NCBI GenBank assembly: GCA_963816145.1
Contig: CAWFJP010000004.1
Span: 160,001 to 224,000 of the forward strand
Source of the DNA: an uncultured delta proteobacterium
GTDB lineage: Bacteria > Desulfobacterota > Binatia > UBA9968
Direction of reading: 5' to 3'
DNA: 64,000 nucleotides
The position numbers and the translations under genes were made by a program. The notes beneath the pieces were generated by a model. That model was not told the origin of the DNA, made no database searches, and saw nothing but the letters and a program-made list of their open reading frames with translations. How positions within the stretch are numbered: position 1 is the stretch's first letter; each line of letters begins with the position of its first letter. Of this stretch, positions 46,679-58,122 are shown piece by piece.

Positions 46679-46693
46679 TCATTCTCCTAATGC

Positions 46694-47335
46694 ATGGTTC
46701 GTTTTTTGACCATCGAAGGCGGTGACGGCACCGGTAAAACCACCCAGATTCGAGCCCTCGAGGCCTATCTGATTTCTCGGGGTAAGGCTTGTTTAGTTAC
46801 CCGGGAGCCTGGCGGCACCGAACTTGGGGTGATGCTTCGTCGTGTACTTCTGGAAACCAGCGGGGCATCGATAGCACCAGCGAGTGAATTGTTTCTCTAC
46901 TTGGCCGACCGGGCGCAGCATGTCAGCGAAGTGATTCTCCCCGCGGTGGCTGCCGGTAAGATCGTCTTGTGCGACCGTTTTACCGATTCCACTCTGGCGT
47001 ATCAGGGATATGGGCGCAGTATGGATCTGGCTTTGTTGCGCCAGTTCAACAGGGTTGCTGACGGCGGCATGCGCCCCGATTTAACCTTGCTACTCGATTG
47101 TCCGGTTGACGTTGGTTTGGGCCGCACTGCTAGCCGGCTGGCGCAGTCTCAAGTCGACGCTCCAAAGGAGGATCGCTTCGAGCGCGAAAAGTTGGAGTTT
47201 CATGAGAAGGTTCGCGCCGGGTTTCTCGCGCTCGCTATGCAAGAGCCGGAGCGGTTTCGGGTCATCGATGCGGCGCGGCCGGCGGCGGATGTTTCGATTG
47301 CGATTCGCACGATTGTCGACGAGGCGCTGAAATAA
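46694..47335 (+). CDS. tmk: Thymidylate kinase
   Basis: EGGDGTGKTTQ, TREPGG, DRAQH, CDRFTDSTLAYQG. Confidence 0.95.
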   Translation: MVRFLTIEGGDGTGKTTQIRALEAYLISRGKACLVTREPGGTELGVMLRRVLLETSGASIAPASELFLYLADRAQHVSEVILPAVAAGKIVLCDRFTDSTLAYQGYGRSMDLALLRQFNRVADGGMRPDLTLLLDCPVDVGLGRTASRLAQSQVDAPKEDRFEREKLEFHEKVRAGFLALAMQEPERFRVIDAARPAADVSIAIRTIVDEALK

Positions 47336-48324
47336 TGGCATTGGGCGAAATCATCGGCCATCGCCGGCAACTGGAGATATTGCGCCTCGCTTTGAAGAGC
47401 GGGCGGCTGCACCATGCTTATCTGTTTGTCGGTCCGGAAGGGATCGGTAAGCGCACTCTGGCGATCGCGCTGGCGAAAGCCGTGCATTGCAGCGATAGTT
47501 CGGATGATTTTTGCGGCAGCTGCGTCAATTGCCGGCGCATCGCCGATGGCAACCATCCGGATGTGCGGATTATCGAACTGCTTGCCGGCAAGAAAGAAAT
47601 CTCGATCCAGCAGGTGCGCGAGTTTGAGCGCGAGCTCAATTATCGTTCATTCACGGGCAAGCGTAAAATTATGATCGTCGATCCGGCGACGTTGATGAAC
47701 TTGGCGTCGCAGAACGCGCTGCTCAAGACCCTCGAAGAGCCGCCGCAGGATTCGCTGATAATTCTCATCGCGCCGAGCGCCGGCGGGTTGCTACCGACGG
47801 TGCGCTCGCGTTGTCTGCGCATTTCCTTCGCCCCGTTGGCGCGCAGTGATGTGGTCCAATATCTGCGCACACAACAGGGGATGAGCGGCGACGAAGTCGA
47901 GTTTCTCGCGGCCTTGAGCATGGGCAGTATCGGCGCAGCCATGGGGCTCGTAAAAGATGTGTTGATCGAGAAGCGGCGAGTTTGGGCTGGCATCCTCGGG
48001 GCGTTGAAAGCCGGCGATTATCAAGCGGCGGTGGTTGCGGCGGAGGCATTGGCTGGCAACCGCGACGAAGCGCTCAAGTTTCTCGCTTGGGCGCAAAGCT
48101 GGTTCCGCGATCTGTTGCTGTATGGGGTCACCGGCGACAGCGGGGAACTGGTCAACTTGGATCTGCTTGAGCAAATCGCCGGACAAGCGGCGCCGGCAAA
48201 GAGTGAGCAGCGCATCGCGGCGCTGACCGCGAGCCAGCGAGCGGCGGCGGCGATCCAGCGTAATCTCAATCGCCGCCTGGTTTTGGAGAAATACTTGCTT
48301 GGGGTCGTAAAGGGACTGTCATGA
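47335..48324 (+). CDS. holB: DNA polymerase III delta-prime subunit
   Basis: HAYLFVGPEGIGK, CGSCVNC, HPD, NALLKTLEEPP, LPTVRSRC. Confidence 0.93.
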   Translation: MALGEIIGHRRQLEILRLALKSGRLHHAYLFVGPEGIGKRTLAIALAKAVHCSDSSDDFCGSCVNCRRIADGNHPDVRIIELLAGKKEISIQQVREFERELNYRSFTGKRKIMIVDPATLMNLASQNALLKTLEEPPQDSLIILIAPSAGGLLPTVRSRCLRISFAPLARSDVVQYLRTQQGMSGDEVEFLAALSMGSIGAAMGLVKDVLIEKRRVWAGILGALKAGDYQAAVVAAEALAGNRDEALKFLAWAQSWFRDLLLYGVTGDSGELVNLDLLEQIAGQAAPAKSEQRIAALTASQRAAAAIQRNLNRRLVLEKYLLGVVKGLS

Positions 48325-49853
48325 GCTCGGTTTATATCACAACACCATTGTTCTATGTGAATGCGGAACCTCATTTGGGCAGTACCTATACGATGGTGAT
48401 CACGGACACGTTGGCGCGGTACTACCGGGCTAAGGGCCATGAGACGTTTTATCTGACCGGTACCGACGAGCATGGTGACAAGATCGCTCAGGTCGCCGGG
48501 GAAGCCAAGGTCTCGGAAAAAGAGTTTACCGACCGGGTCAGCGCGGCGTTTCGCCGCATCTGGGACGATTGCGGCATTACCTACGATTACTTCATCCGCA
48601 CCACCGACGCCCATCATGTGCGCTTTGTGCAGGAAGTCTTGCAGCGGGTCTACGATGCCGGCGATATTTATTTCGACAAGTATGGCGGGCTTTATTGCGT
48701 CGGTTGTGAGCGCTTCTACACCGAAAAAGAGCTGCGCGACGGCAAATGTCCGGACCATCTGACCGAACCCACGCTGATCGAGGAAGAGAATTATTTCTTC
48801 CGCATGAGCAAATATCAGGACCGGTTGCGCGAACATCTCGTAACCCATCCGGATTTCATCCGCCCCGAGGGCTACCGCAACGAAGTGCTCGGCATGCTGC
48901 GCGAGCCCATCGGCGATCTGTGCATCTCGCGGCCCAAGAGCCGGCTCGACTGGGGCATTGGCATTCCGTTCGACGAGCGCTACGTCACTTACGTGTGGTT
49001 CGACGCGTTACTGAATTATGTCAGCGCTCTCAAGTGCCATGGCGAAGAGACTTTTCAAAAGTTCTGGCCGGCGGCCGAGCACTTCATCGGCAAAGACATC
49101 GTCAAACCGCACGGCGTATTCTGGCCGACCATGCTGATGGCGGCGGGAATTCCGCTCTACAAGCACCTCAACGTTCATGGATTTTGGACCGTCGAAGGTC
49201 AAAAGATGTCGAAGAGCTTGGGCAATACGGTGGCGCCGTTGGAAGTGAAAGCCGAGATCGGCATGGACGCCTTTCGCTATTTTCTTTTGCGCGAAAGCGT
49301 GTTCGGCCAGGACCCGGACTTCCGCCACGAGAGTTTGATCACGCGGTACAACACCGATCTCGCCAACAACCTCGGCAACTTCGTCAGCCGAGCGCTGGCC
49401 ATGCAGCAAAAATATTTTGCCGGCGTTGTTCAGCCGCTCGGTGAAGATTGGCCGACGGAGGATCGCGAGCTGCGCGATAAGTTCGCTCAAACCGAAAAGG
49501 ACATTGACGTCTACATGCGCGACTTGTTGTTCCATCGCGCCTTGGAGTCGGTGATGGCCGCCCTCGACCATGCCAACCGCTACATCGTGCAGATGGCGCC
49601 GTTTACCATGATCAAGGACCCCGCCAAGCAAGCGCGCGTCGGCGCAGTGCTGCATCATTTGCTCGAAGTGGTGCGCACGCTAGCGCGGCTGTTGGCGCCG
49701 TTCCTGCCGGACACGGCGCGCGAGCTGCGCGCGCTACTGGCGCTCGATGAGGCGGCTGTGAAGGCGCCTTGGGGGCAGGGATTTGCCGCGGGCCATAAAG
49801 TCAACGCGCCGAAAGTTTTGTTTCCGCGCATCGATACCGACGCCAAGAAATAG
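48321..49853 (+). CDS. metG: Methionyl-tRNA synthetase (short form without C-terminal OB domain)
   Basis: YVN..PHLG (HIGH-like), GTDEHG, YVWFDAL, KMSKS, LANNLGN. Confidence 0.95.
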   Translation: MSSVYITTPLFYVNAEPHLGSTYTMVITDTLARYYRAKGHETFYLTGTDEHGDKIAQVAGEAKVSEKEFTDRVSAAFRRIWDDCGITYDYFIRTTDAHHVRFVQEVLQRVYDAGDIYFDKYGGLYCVGCERFYTEKELRDGKCPDHLTEPTLIEEENYFFRMSKYQDRLREHLVTHPDFIRPEGYRNEVLGMLREPIGDLCISRPKSRLDWGIGIPFDERYVTYVWFDALLNYVSALKCHGEETFQKFWPAAEHFIGKDIVKPHGVFWPTMLMAAGIPLYKHLNVHGFWTVEGQKMSKSLGNTVAPLEVKAEIGMDAFRYFLLRESVFGQDPDFRHESLITRYNTDLANNLGNFVSRALAMQQKYFAGVVQPLGEDWPTEDRELRDKFAQTEKDIDVYMRDLLFHRALESVMAALDHANRYIVQMAPFTMIKDPAKQARVGAVLHHLLEVVRTLARLLAPFLPDTARELRALLALDEAAVKAPWGQGFAAGHKVNAPKVLFPRIDTDAKK

Positions 49854-49867
49854 CGGCTTTTCCAACC

Positions 49868-50639
49868 ATGTTGATCGACAGCCACGCCCATATCCAGGGG
49901 AAAGAATACGCCGGGGAAGCCGAGGCGGTGATCGCCCGTGCGCATGAGGCTGGCGTCGAGGTGATCGTCGCGGTGGGCGGCGCCGGCGATATGTCGAGCA
50001 ACTCGGGCGCGGTACGTTTGGCGAATTCCTTTCCTAACGTATATGCCACCGTCGGCATGCATCCGCATGACGCTAAAGATGTCGGCGTTGATGAGTTGGC
50101 AGTGCTAAAAAACTTGGCAGCGGATTCCAAAGTCGTTGCCATCGGCGAGACCGGTTTGGATTACTATTACAGTCATTCGCCCCATGACGTGCAGCGGCGC
50201 GTGTTCGGCCAATTCATCCACATGGCGCGCCAGACCCAGTTGCCAATCGTCGTCCACGAGCGCGACGCGGCACAGGATGCGGCCGAAATGTTGCGCGGCG
50301 AAGGGGCCGGCGAGCTGCGTGGTGTGATTCACTGTTTCACGGGGAATTACCAAGCCGCGTGCGCTTACCTTGATCTAGGTTTCTATCTCTCCTTCACCGG
50401 CATCATCACCTTCAAGAACGCTGACGCCCTGCGCGAGGTTGTCCGGGAAGTTCCGCTGGACCGCGTATTGGTTGAAACGGATTCTCCCTATCTCACCCCG
50501 GTGCCCCATCGCGGCAAACGCAACGAGCCCGCATATCGTTCGCTTCGTCGCCGAAACCATCGCCAAGGTTAAGGACATTGCGTTCAACGAGGTTGCTCAG
50601 CTCACGACTGCTAACGTTAAACAGCTGTTCCGCATTTGA
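49868..50639 (+). CDS. tatD: TatD family DNase (frameshift near 50535)
   Basis: DSHAH, GMHPH, IGETGLDY, HCF, ETDSPYL.P.P.RGKRNEP; C-terminus TTAN..LF in another frame. Confidence 0.9.
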
Positions 50640-50713
50640 CCCCCGGATTAGGCAGTCGTATGCTGCGCTTGCGGGCGGATCGCCACTACTAATGTTTCTT
50701 GAGGAGGACTAGT

Positions 50714-51191
50714 ATGAAAGGGAACGCAGAAGTCATTAAGGCGTTGAATGAAGTTTTGCGGAAAGAATTGACGGGAATCAATCAGTACTTCATTCATTCT
50801 AAGATGTGCAAGAATTGGGGCTATGCGGTGTTGGCCGGAGTGGCATGGAAAGAGTCTATCGAAGAAATGAAACATGCTGATCAGATTATCGAGAGAATTC
50901 TTTTTCTCGACGGCATTCCCAATCTTTCCGCTTACGATAAGATCAGCGTTGGTTCTACCGTGAAGCAGCAGTTGGAGAACGACCTGGGGCTGGAAGAGGG
51001 GGCCCTGGTGGTTTTAAAAGCCGGCATTAAAGACCTGCTTTGAGGCCAATGAGCACGCCAGCCGGGAACTGTTGGAGCATATTCTCGTCGATGAAGAAGA
51101 GCATGTCGACTGGATCGAATCGCAGCTGCATCAGATCAAAGAAGTGGGTTACGAGAATTATCTGGCGCAGCAGATGTTCAAAAAAAGCTAA
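50714..51191 (+). CDS. bfr: Bacterioferritin (one extra A near 51030)
   Basis: MKG...LN..L..EL..INQYF.H, ESIEEMKHAD (heme Met), ERILFLDG; shifted frame gives DEEEHVDW..QL..I..VG.ENYL. Confidence 0.9.
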
Positions 51192-51448
51192 TCGGACGAC
51201 AAAGACTTTTCTCCTTTGTCGGTGATGTGCCACAGTCGTGAAGCATGACTCGACGGGCAGGTTGGCTGGAGCGCGCAGTGTTGGCAGGGCTGGGTACAGC
51301 CGAGCACCGTGCGCTCGAGGTAGCCAAGCTGTTCCAACTGCTGGATCATCTGGCGTACACCATCGATGCTCACGCCGAGATCGCGCGCTAGAGCGGCGTT
51401 GTCGATCGTTGAGCGGTCGCGCGTAAGCCGTAAGAGTTTCCTAAGCAT
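51188..51448 (-). CDS. feoC: FeoC-like winged-helix protein
   Basis: LARDLGVS...V..MI.QL..LGY, CxxxCxxCxxxxxC; follows feoB. Confidence 0.7.
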   Translation of the reverse strand: MLRKLLRLTRDRSTIDNAALARDLGVSIDGVRQMIQQLEQLGYLERTVLGCTQPCQHCALQPTCPSSHASRLWHITDKGEKSLSSD

Positions 51449-53465
51449 GAATTACGTCTAAGCCAAAACCGCGGCCTGTCTGATAGGCGATTCCGGCGGC
51501 GAACAGTGCCACGAAAAGCATCAGACCTACGCTAACCAGGACCCAACGCCATTGGCCGGTTTCCTGGCGCATGACGGCGAGCGTCGCGGCACAGGGAACA
51601 AACAACATCGTTGCGGTCAGGAATGCGAGTCCCGCGGCCGGTGTCACATGCGTCGAAAGAATTTCCGCAAGTCCATCGCCCGCTACGCTGCTACCGTAGA
51701 GGATGCCGAGCGTGGCAAGCGCATTCTCCTTGGCGATGAAACTGCTGAGCAGCGCCACCAGCATGCGCCAGTCCATGCCGAGTAGTGCGCCCACGGGGCC
51801 AAGCAAATAGCCAAAACGGCCCAGGTAACTGCTCTCCAGGTCCGGCCCAGGGAAGTATCCCAGCGCCCAGATCAGCATCGACATCAATAAGATTATAGTT
51901 CCGGCTTTGCTCAGAAATGCCCGCGTGTTGTGCCACAAGTAATGCGCTACGCTGCGGGCAGTCGGAGCATGATAGAGCGGCAACTCCATGATGAACGGTA
52001 TTTGCCGGCCTTTGAAGACGGTGTAATTCAAAACTACGCCGATGACGGCCAATACGACTAAGTTCAGCGTCGCAAGTCCGAGGGCGACCGCGAGCGCCCA
52101 AGGGCCGAAGAACGGTGGCGCCAAAAATGCGATCACAGCGAGCCGGGCGCTGCACGGCACGAACGGCGCGAGCAGGATAGTCAGCAGGCGCGCCGCCGGC
52201 GCTTCGATCACGCGCGCCCCGATGACTGCGGGCACGTTGCAGCCGAAGCCGAGAAATAGCGGTAGAAAACTCTTGCCGTGCAAACCCATGACGTGCATGA
52301 AACGGTCCATGACGTACGCCGCGCGGGCAAGGTAGCCGGTGTCCTCGAACAATGCCAGAACCGTGAAAAACACCATGAGGACCGGTAAGAACGTCAAAAC
52401 CGTTCCTGCGCCGCCCGCGACTCCGTCGGCCAAGAAAGCTGCAAGCCACCGTGGAACCATCGGCAGTCCGGTGCGAATCCACGCGCGTACCGCCGAGACC
52501 AGGCGTTCATCCAGCCACTCCTGAATCGGCGTAGCGAGTTGAAAAGTCAGACCGAAAATCACCGTGAATACAGCCAGAAGTATTGCCATGCCCCAAATGG
52601 GATGCACGGCGTAGCGATCGAGCCGATCGGTGATGCTAACCTGACCGAGGCGCGGCTGCTTGACTGCGGCCCGAACCATGCGGCCGATCCATTCGTAGCG
52701 CCCGCTGGCGATATCCAAGCCGGCATCTTCATGGGCGTGGAGCAGCACGCTGATCTGCCGCCAAGCAGTGTCCGAAATCCACGAGCGGGCGAGCTCGGTG
52801 ATTTCCTGATCGCCTTCGAGAACCTTCAGCGCTACCCACTCGACGGGATAGGGTCGTGGTACGGCGGTTCCCAATAACGCGCGCAAATTCGCGAGCACAT
52901 CACGATGGGTTGCGCCGATCTCTGGTCGGGTCGGCCTGAAGCCCGCCGGGTTTAAGGCCAAGCGCACGGCTGCAGTCATGAGCGCCGGCACTCCTTCCGT
53001 GCGGCTCGCCACCATCGGCACGACCGGCAAACCAAGAGCGGCTGACAAGACATGGGCTTCGATCTCAATGCCCTCGGCAGCGGCGACATCCATCATGTTG
53101 ATTCCCAGGACAATCGGCGCTGGAAGGCATAGGAGTTCGGCAAGCAGATAAAGATTGCGTTCTATGGCCGCCGCGTCCGCGATCATCACGATGACATCTG
53201 GACGTTCTTGGAGAATAAAGTCCCGGGCAATCTTTTCTTCGAGCGAATTGGCGGTGAGACTGTAGGTTCCGGGTAAATCGACCAGACGGAGTGTAATGCC
53301 TTCCTGAACGCAGGTCCCTTCGCGACGCTCGACCGTCTTGCCCGGCCAATTGCCGACATGCTGGCTCAGGCCCGTAAGCAAGTTAAAGACGGTGGATTTG
53401 CCGACATTGGGCTGGCCGGCCAAACCGACCATCAGCCCTACAGGCCTGCTTCGATCGGAATTCAT
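51441..53465 (-). CDS. feoB: Ferrous iron transporter FeoB
   Basis: GQPNVGKST, GNWPGKTVE, DLPGTYSL, NMMD, GFGCNVPA, PCSARL, FIMELP.Y. Confidence 0.95.
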   Translation of the reverse strand: MNSDRSRPVGLMVGLAGQPNVGKSTVFNLLTGLSQHVGNWPGKTVERREGTCVQEGITLRLVDLPGTYSLTANSLEEKIARDFILQERPDVIVMIADAAAIERNLYLLAELLCLPAPIVLGINMMDVAAAEGIEIEAHVLSAALGLPVVPMVASRTEGVPALMTAAVRLALNPAGFRPTRPEIGATHRDVLANLRALLGTAVPRPYPVEWVALKVLEGDQEITELARSWISDTAWRQISVLLHAHEDAGLDIASGRYEWIGRMVRAAVKQPRLGQVSITDRLDRYAVHPIWGMAILLAVFTVIFGLTFQLATPIQEWLDERLVSAVRAWIRTGLPMVPRWLAAFLADGVAGGAGTVLTFLPVLMVFFTVLALFEDTGYLARAAYVMDRFMHVMGLHGKSFLPLFLGFGCNVPAVIGARVIEAPAARLLTILLAPFVPCSARLAVIAFLAPPFFGPWALAVALGLATLNLVVLAVIGVVLNYTVFKGRQIPFIMELPLYHAPTARSVAHYLWHNTRAFLSKAGTIILLMSMLIWALGYFPGPDLESSYLGRFGYLLGPVGALLGMDWRMLVALLSSFIAKENALATLGILYGSSVAGDGLAEILSTHVTPAAGLAFLTATMLFVPCAATLAVMRQETGQWRWVLVSVGLMLFVALFAAGIAYQTGRGFGLDVIHA

Positions 53466-53713
53466 TGGTCGATTTCCTCGACCAGGACTTTCATCGCTTC
53501 ATCGTGACCTAGAGCCACTCGGGTGTTGTGCACGCGCACCAACACAGGGCCGCGACCTGAGTTCTGCAACACCTCGAGCTGGGCTCCGTCGAGGAGCCCT
53601 AAAGCAGCGAGACGGCTTGACAGAGTGCGACCTGCGTTCACGCCGCGAAAAAACACGCGCGCGCCTGTGTCCATTTCGGCTAGAACTAGGCGGCGTGGGT
53701 TTTTGCTAGTCAT
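53462..53713 (-). CDS. feoA: Ferrous iron transport protein FeoA
   Basis: RLAALGL..G..L.V, GPV.V.V...RVALG..EA..V.V. Confidence 0.88.
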   Translation of the reverse strand: MTSKNPRRLVLAEMDTGARVFFRGVNAGRTLSSRLAALGLLDGAQLEVLQNSGRGPVLVRVHNTRVALGHDEAMKVLVEEIDQ

Positions 53714-53987
53714 GAAGTGAGACCATCAATTATAAGAAGTTTGCCTCGATGATGGTAGACAGTCGGTCTTCATACAACTCCGGGTCGAAGTGGAGCTAGC
53801 GCTCCGGTCGTGCGAAGTACCGACGGAGTTCACCATCACCGCCGCCGTCATCGTCAGTGAGACACCAGCACACGCCAAGGTTAAGACCGGACACTCGCTG
53901 CAACGCCGCCCGCAGCAAGCCCTACTTCCGATAGTCGTTAACGTCACCGAAGTGTTGGTTCTTAATCGCCGGTTGTCTCAACCAGCG

Positions 53988-54049
53988 GCCTAACCGACAA
54001 GGTTCAGCGGCGGCGCAACGAGCGCCGGCCGCTGAACCCATTATTAGCT
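53988..54049. repeat. attC-like 62-bp imperfect palindrome
   Basis: GCCTAAC ... GGTTCAGCGGCGGCGC-aacga-GCGCCGGCCGCTGAACC ... ATTAGCT; the minus strand ends in a perfect GTTAGGC (GTTRRRY); one extrahelical base in the stem. Confidence 0.55.
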
Positions 54050-54077
54050 GACGGCTTTTTCGCCGTTTCTGCTACGA

Positions 54078-56285
<2,208 letters not shown>

Positions 56286-56419
56286 TTACTGCGTTGCTTT
56301 AGTTACTTATCTTGCGTTGGTTCCTTTTTTTTCTCTGCCATAAACGATTCCTCCTCCTATTTGAGTGTACGTCAAAACAATATTTTAAAAAATTAAAAGT
56401 GCTAGCCGTGATTGCAACG

Positions 56420-56914
56420 CTACTTCTTGATCATTAGTTCGAGATCTTCGGAGAGCGACTGAAGATCCTCCTCGTGCGCGACTTCGTCTTGGAGGATCTG
56501 CAGGACGATGTTGTACGTGACCGGGTCCTTGCCCTGAGTCGCTTCCAGAACTTTCTTGTAAAAGCCAATGGCGCAGCGCTCGCCCTTGATGTTTTGGTTG
56601 AGAATCGTCTCGACGAACGGGTCATCGGGCGCGTCGTAGCCGCAACTAGTTACCTCGTACCACTTTTTCGGTTCGGTCACCGGTGTGCCACCGAGCTGAA
56701 TGATGCGGCCCGCGATCATACCGGCGTGGCGCAGCTCGTCGGTGGCATGTTGCAAGAGCTCAGCGATCACCGCTTCCTTCATCGGACCCTTCACGACCTT
56801 GGAGCCAAGCCAGTACTGGTAATAGGCGAGCCACTCATCGGCGAAAGCCATGTTAAGCAGCTTCAACAGTTGGTCGACATCCATGCCGACGATTTCTCTT
56901 CCTTTTGTGCCCAT
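56420..56914 (-). CDS. Ferritin-like DpsL/bacterioferritin-related protein
   Basis: AFADEWLAYYQYW, DELRHA, RIIQLGG.P, GERCAI, KDPVT, DEVAHEEDL. Confidence 0.85.
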   Translation of the reverse strand: MGTKGREIVGMDVDQLLKLLNMAFADEWLAYYQYWLGSKVVKGPMKEAVIAELLQHATDELRHAGMIAGRIIQLGGTPVTEPKKWYEVTSCGYDAPDDPFVETILNQNIKGERCAIGFYKKVLEATQGKDPVTYNIVLQILQDEVAHEEDLQSLSEDLELMIKK

Positions 56915-57080
56915 ATTTTCTCCTCCTCTAAACTTAAATTTTCAGATGCACGATCGCCATTTAATTCCCTTGAGCGCTGGCGACTCATCGCCATAAGCGA
57001 CAAGAGCCCGCGCTTCGCCGCAAAAGCGAAACGACGGGCTCTGGGTTCGTGACCGCTGGCCTCTTGATTCTGGGTGATAA

Positions 57081-57096
57081 AGCACTTCGCGTGCCA
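57081..57096 (-). promoter_or_regulatory. Putative sigma54 promoter of dpsL-katG
   Basis: Minus strand TGGCACGCGAAGTGCT, near-consensus TGGCACG-N4-TTGCW. Confidence 0.65.
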
Positions 57097-57270
57097 CGGT
57101 CAATGACGTGGATTTTCGACGCCGCACCGGAGTCAAATTGTCACTTTTGAAAAATTGCGCAGCGAAACAATCCAATTATGAGAAGTGGCGGTGTCGTTAG
57201 ATTGCTGAGAGTCGGGGCGATCGTTATCTTTGTTCTTTGCCTGAGCGCATGTTTGGATGAACGCTCGGAA

Positions 57271-57327
57271 GTTAAAAAAGTCGGTTACGAGAACTACCTG
57301 ACGCGGCAGATATTTAACAAAAGCTGA
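57271..57327 (+). pseudogene. Diverged duplicate of bfr 3' end
   Basis: Encodes VKKVGYENYLTRQIFNKS* versus bfr IKEVGYENYLAQQMFKKS* (51135-51191); 45/57 nt identical, no gaps. Confidence 0.8.
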
Positions 57328-57444
57328 ACTTTGGCAACAAGCGACAGACGGTTAGAAGGTTTCAGCACCGCGTGTTCGCACATGCCGTTTGGCCAATGTC
57401 CCGGACGCTTCGATCATCGCTTTTTGTCGTTTTGAACCAGTCGA

Positions 57445-58122
57445 TCATTTTGACTGCCAAGTTATCCCTTCGGCTTGCTCGAAAGAGAGCGACGAGATAT
57501 GGCGGGTTCGGTTGAATTTTTCTTCGCCGCTGCCGCCTGCTTTGTCGTCGAAGTGAGTCACCTCCAGCACATACCGACCTGCCCAGGGCATCGGCAAAGT
57601 AACCCGGCCCTGTTCGTTTGTGGTGAGAGGTTTTTCCCATTTCGATGGGCCGATAATCGTGAGTTCGGCTTTCGGAAGCGGCGATCCGAGAAAAATCAGC
57701 ACAAAGGTACTGCCGTTGGCTTCTGCGGGCACTAACTCCAAGTCGAGGTTCGCACTAGTTTCCGAACGCCCATGCTTGGCGTGATAGATTGTCTTGGTTG
57801 TGCCGCCTTTTTCGTTGTCCTCGCGCGGCGGCACGCTGCTGTCCACAAAGCGCACGTCGCCAATACCCTGGGTGGCAAATTCGAGGTTGTTGTCATTGCG
57901 TTTAACCTGAAGCGGTTGGTTATTCGCGCCGACAGTTACGCGCGGCGCTTTGAATCGATCGAGCAGGCCGCCGGTTTTTTCGCGGATATCGTCGATCCAT
58001 TCGCCGAAATAGGCGCGGGTAGCGCCGTCGCCTTGGCGTTCGAGCCAGAGGAAATGAGCATGAGCGGAAGGAATTAGCGCCAGCGTCGCAAACATCGTGA
58101 AGAGGGAGATCAACTTGGCCAT
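57445..58122 (-). CDS. DUF4198-like periplasmic protein
   Basis: Signal peptide ending AHA-HFLWLE, YFGE, LELVP, T...G.V...PWAGRYVL; ATG 58122 with AGGAG RBS. Confidence 0.75.
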   Translation of the reverse strand: MAKLISLFTMFATLALIPSAHAHFLWLERQGDGATRAYFGEWIDDIREKTGGLLDRFKAPRVTVGANNQPLQVKRNDNNLEFATQGIGDVRFVDSSVPPREDNEKGGTTKTIYHAKHGRSETSANLDLELVPAEANGSTFVLIFLGSPLPKAELTIIGPSKWEKPLTTNEQGRVTLPMPWAGRYVLEVTHFDDKAGGSGEEKFNRTRHISSLSFEQAEGITWQSK

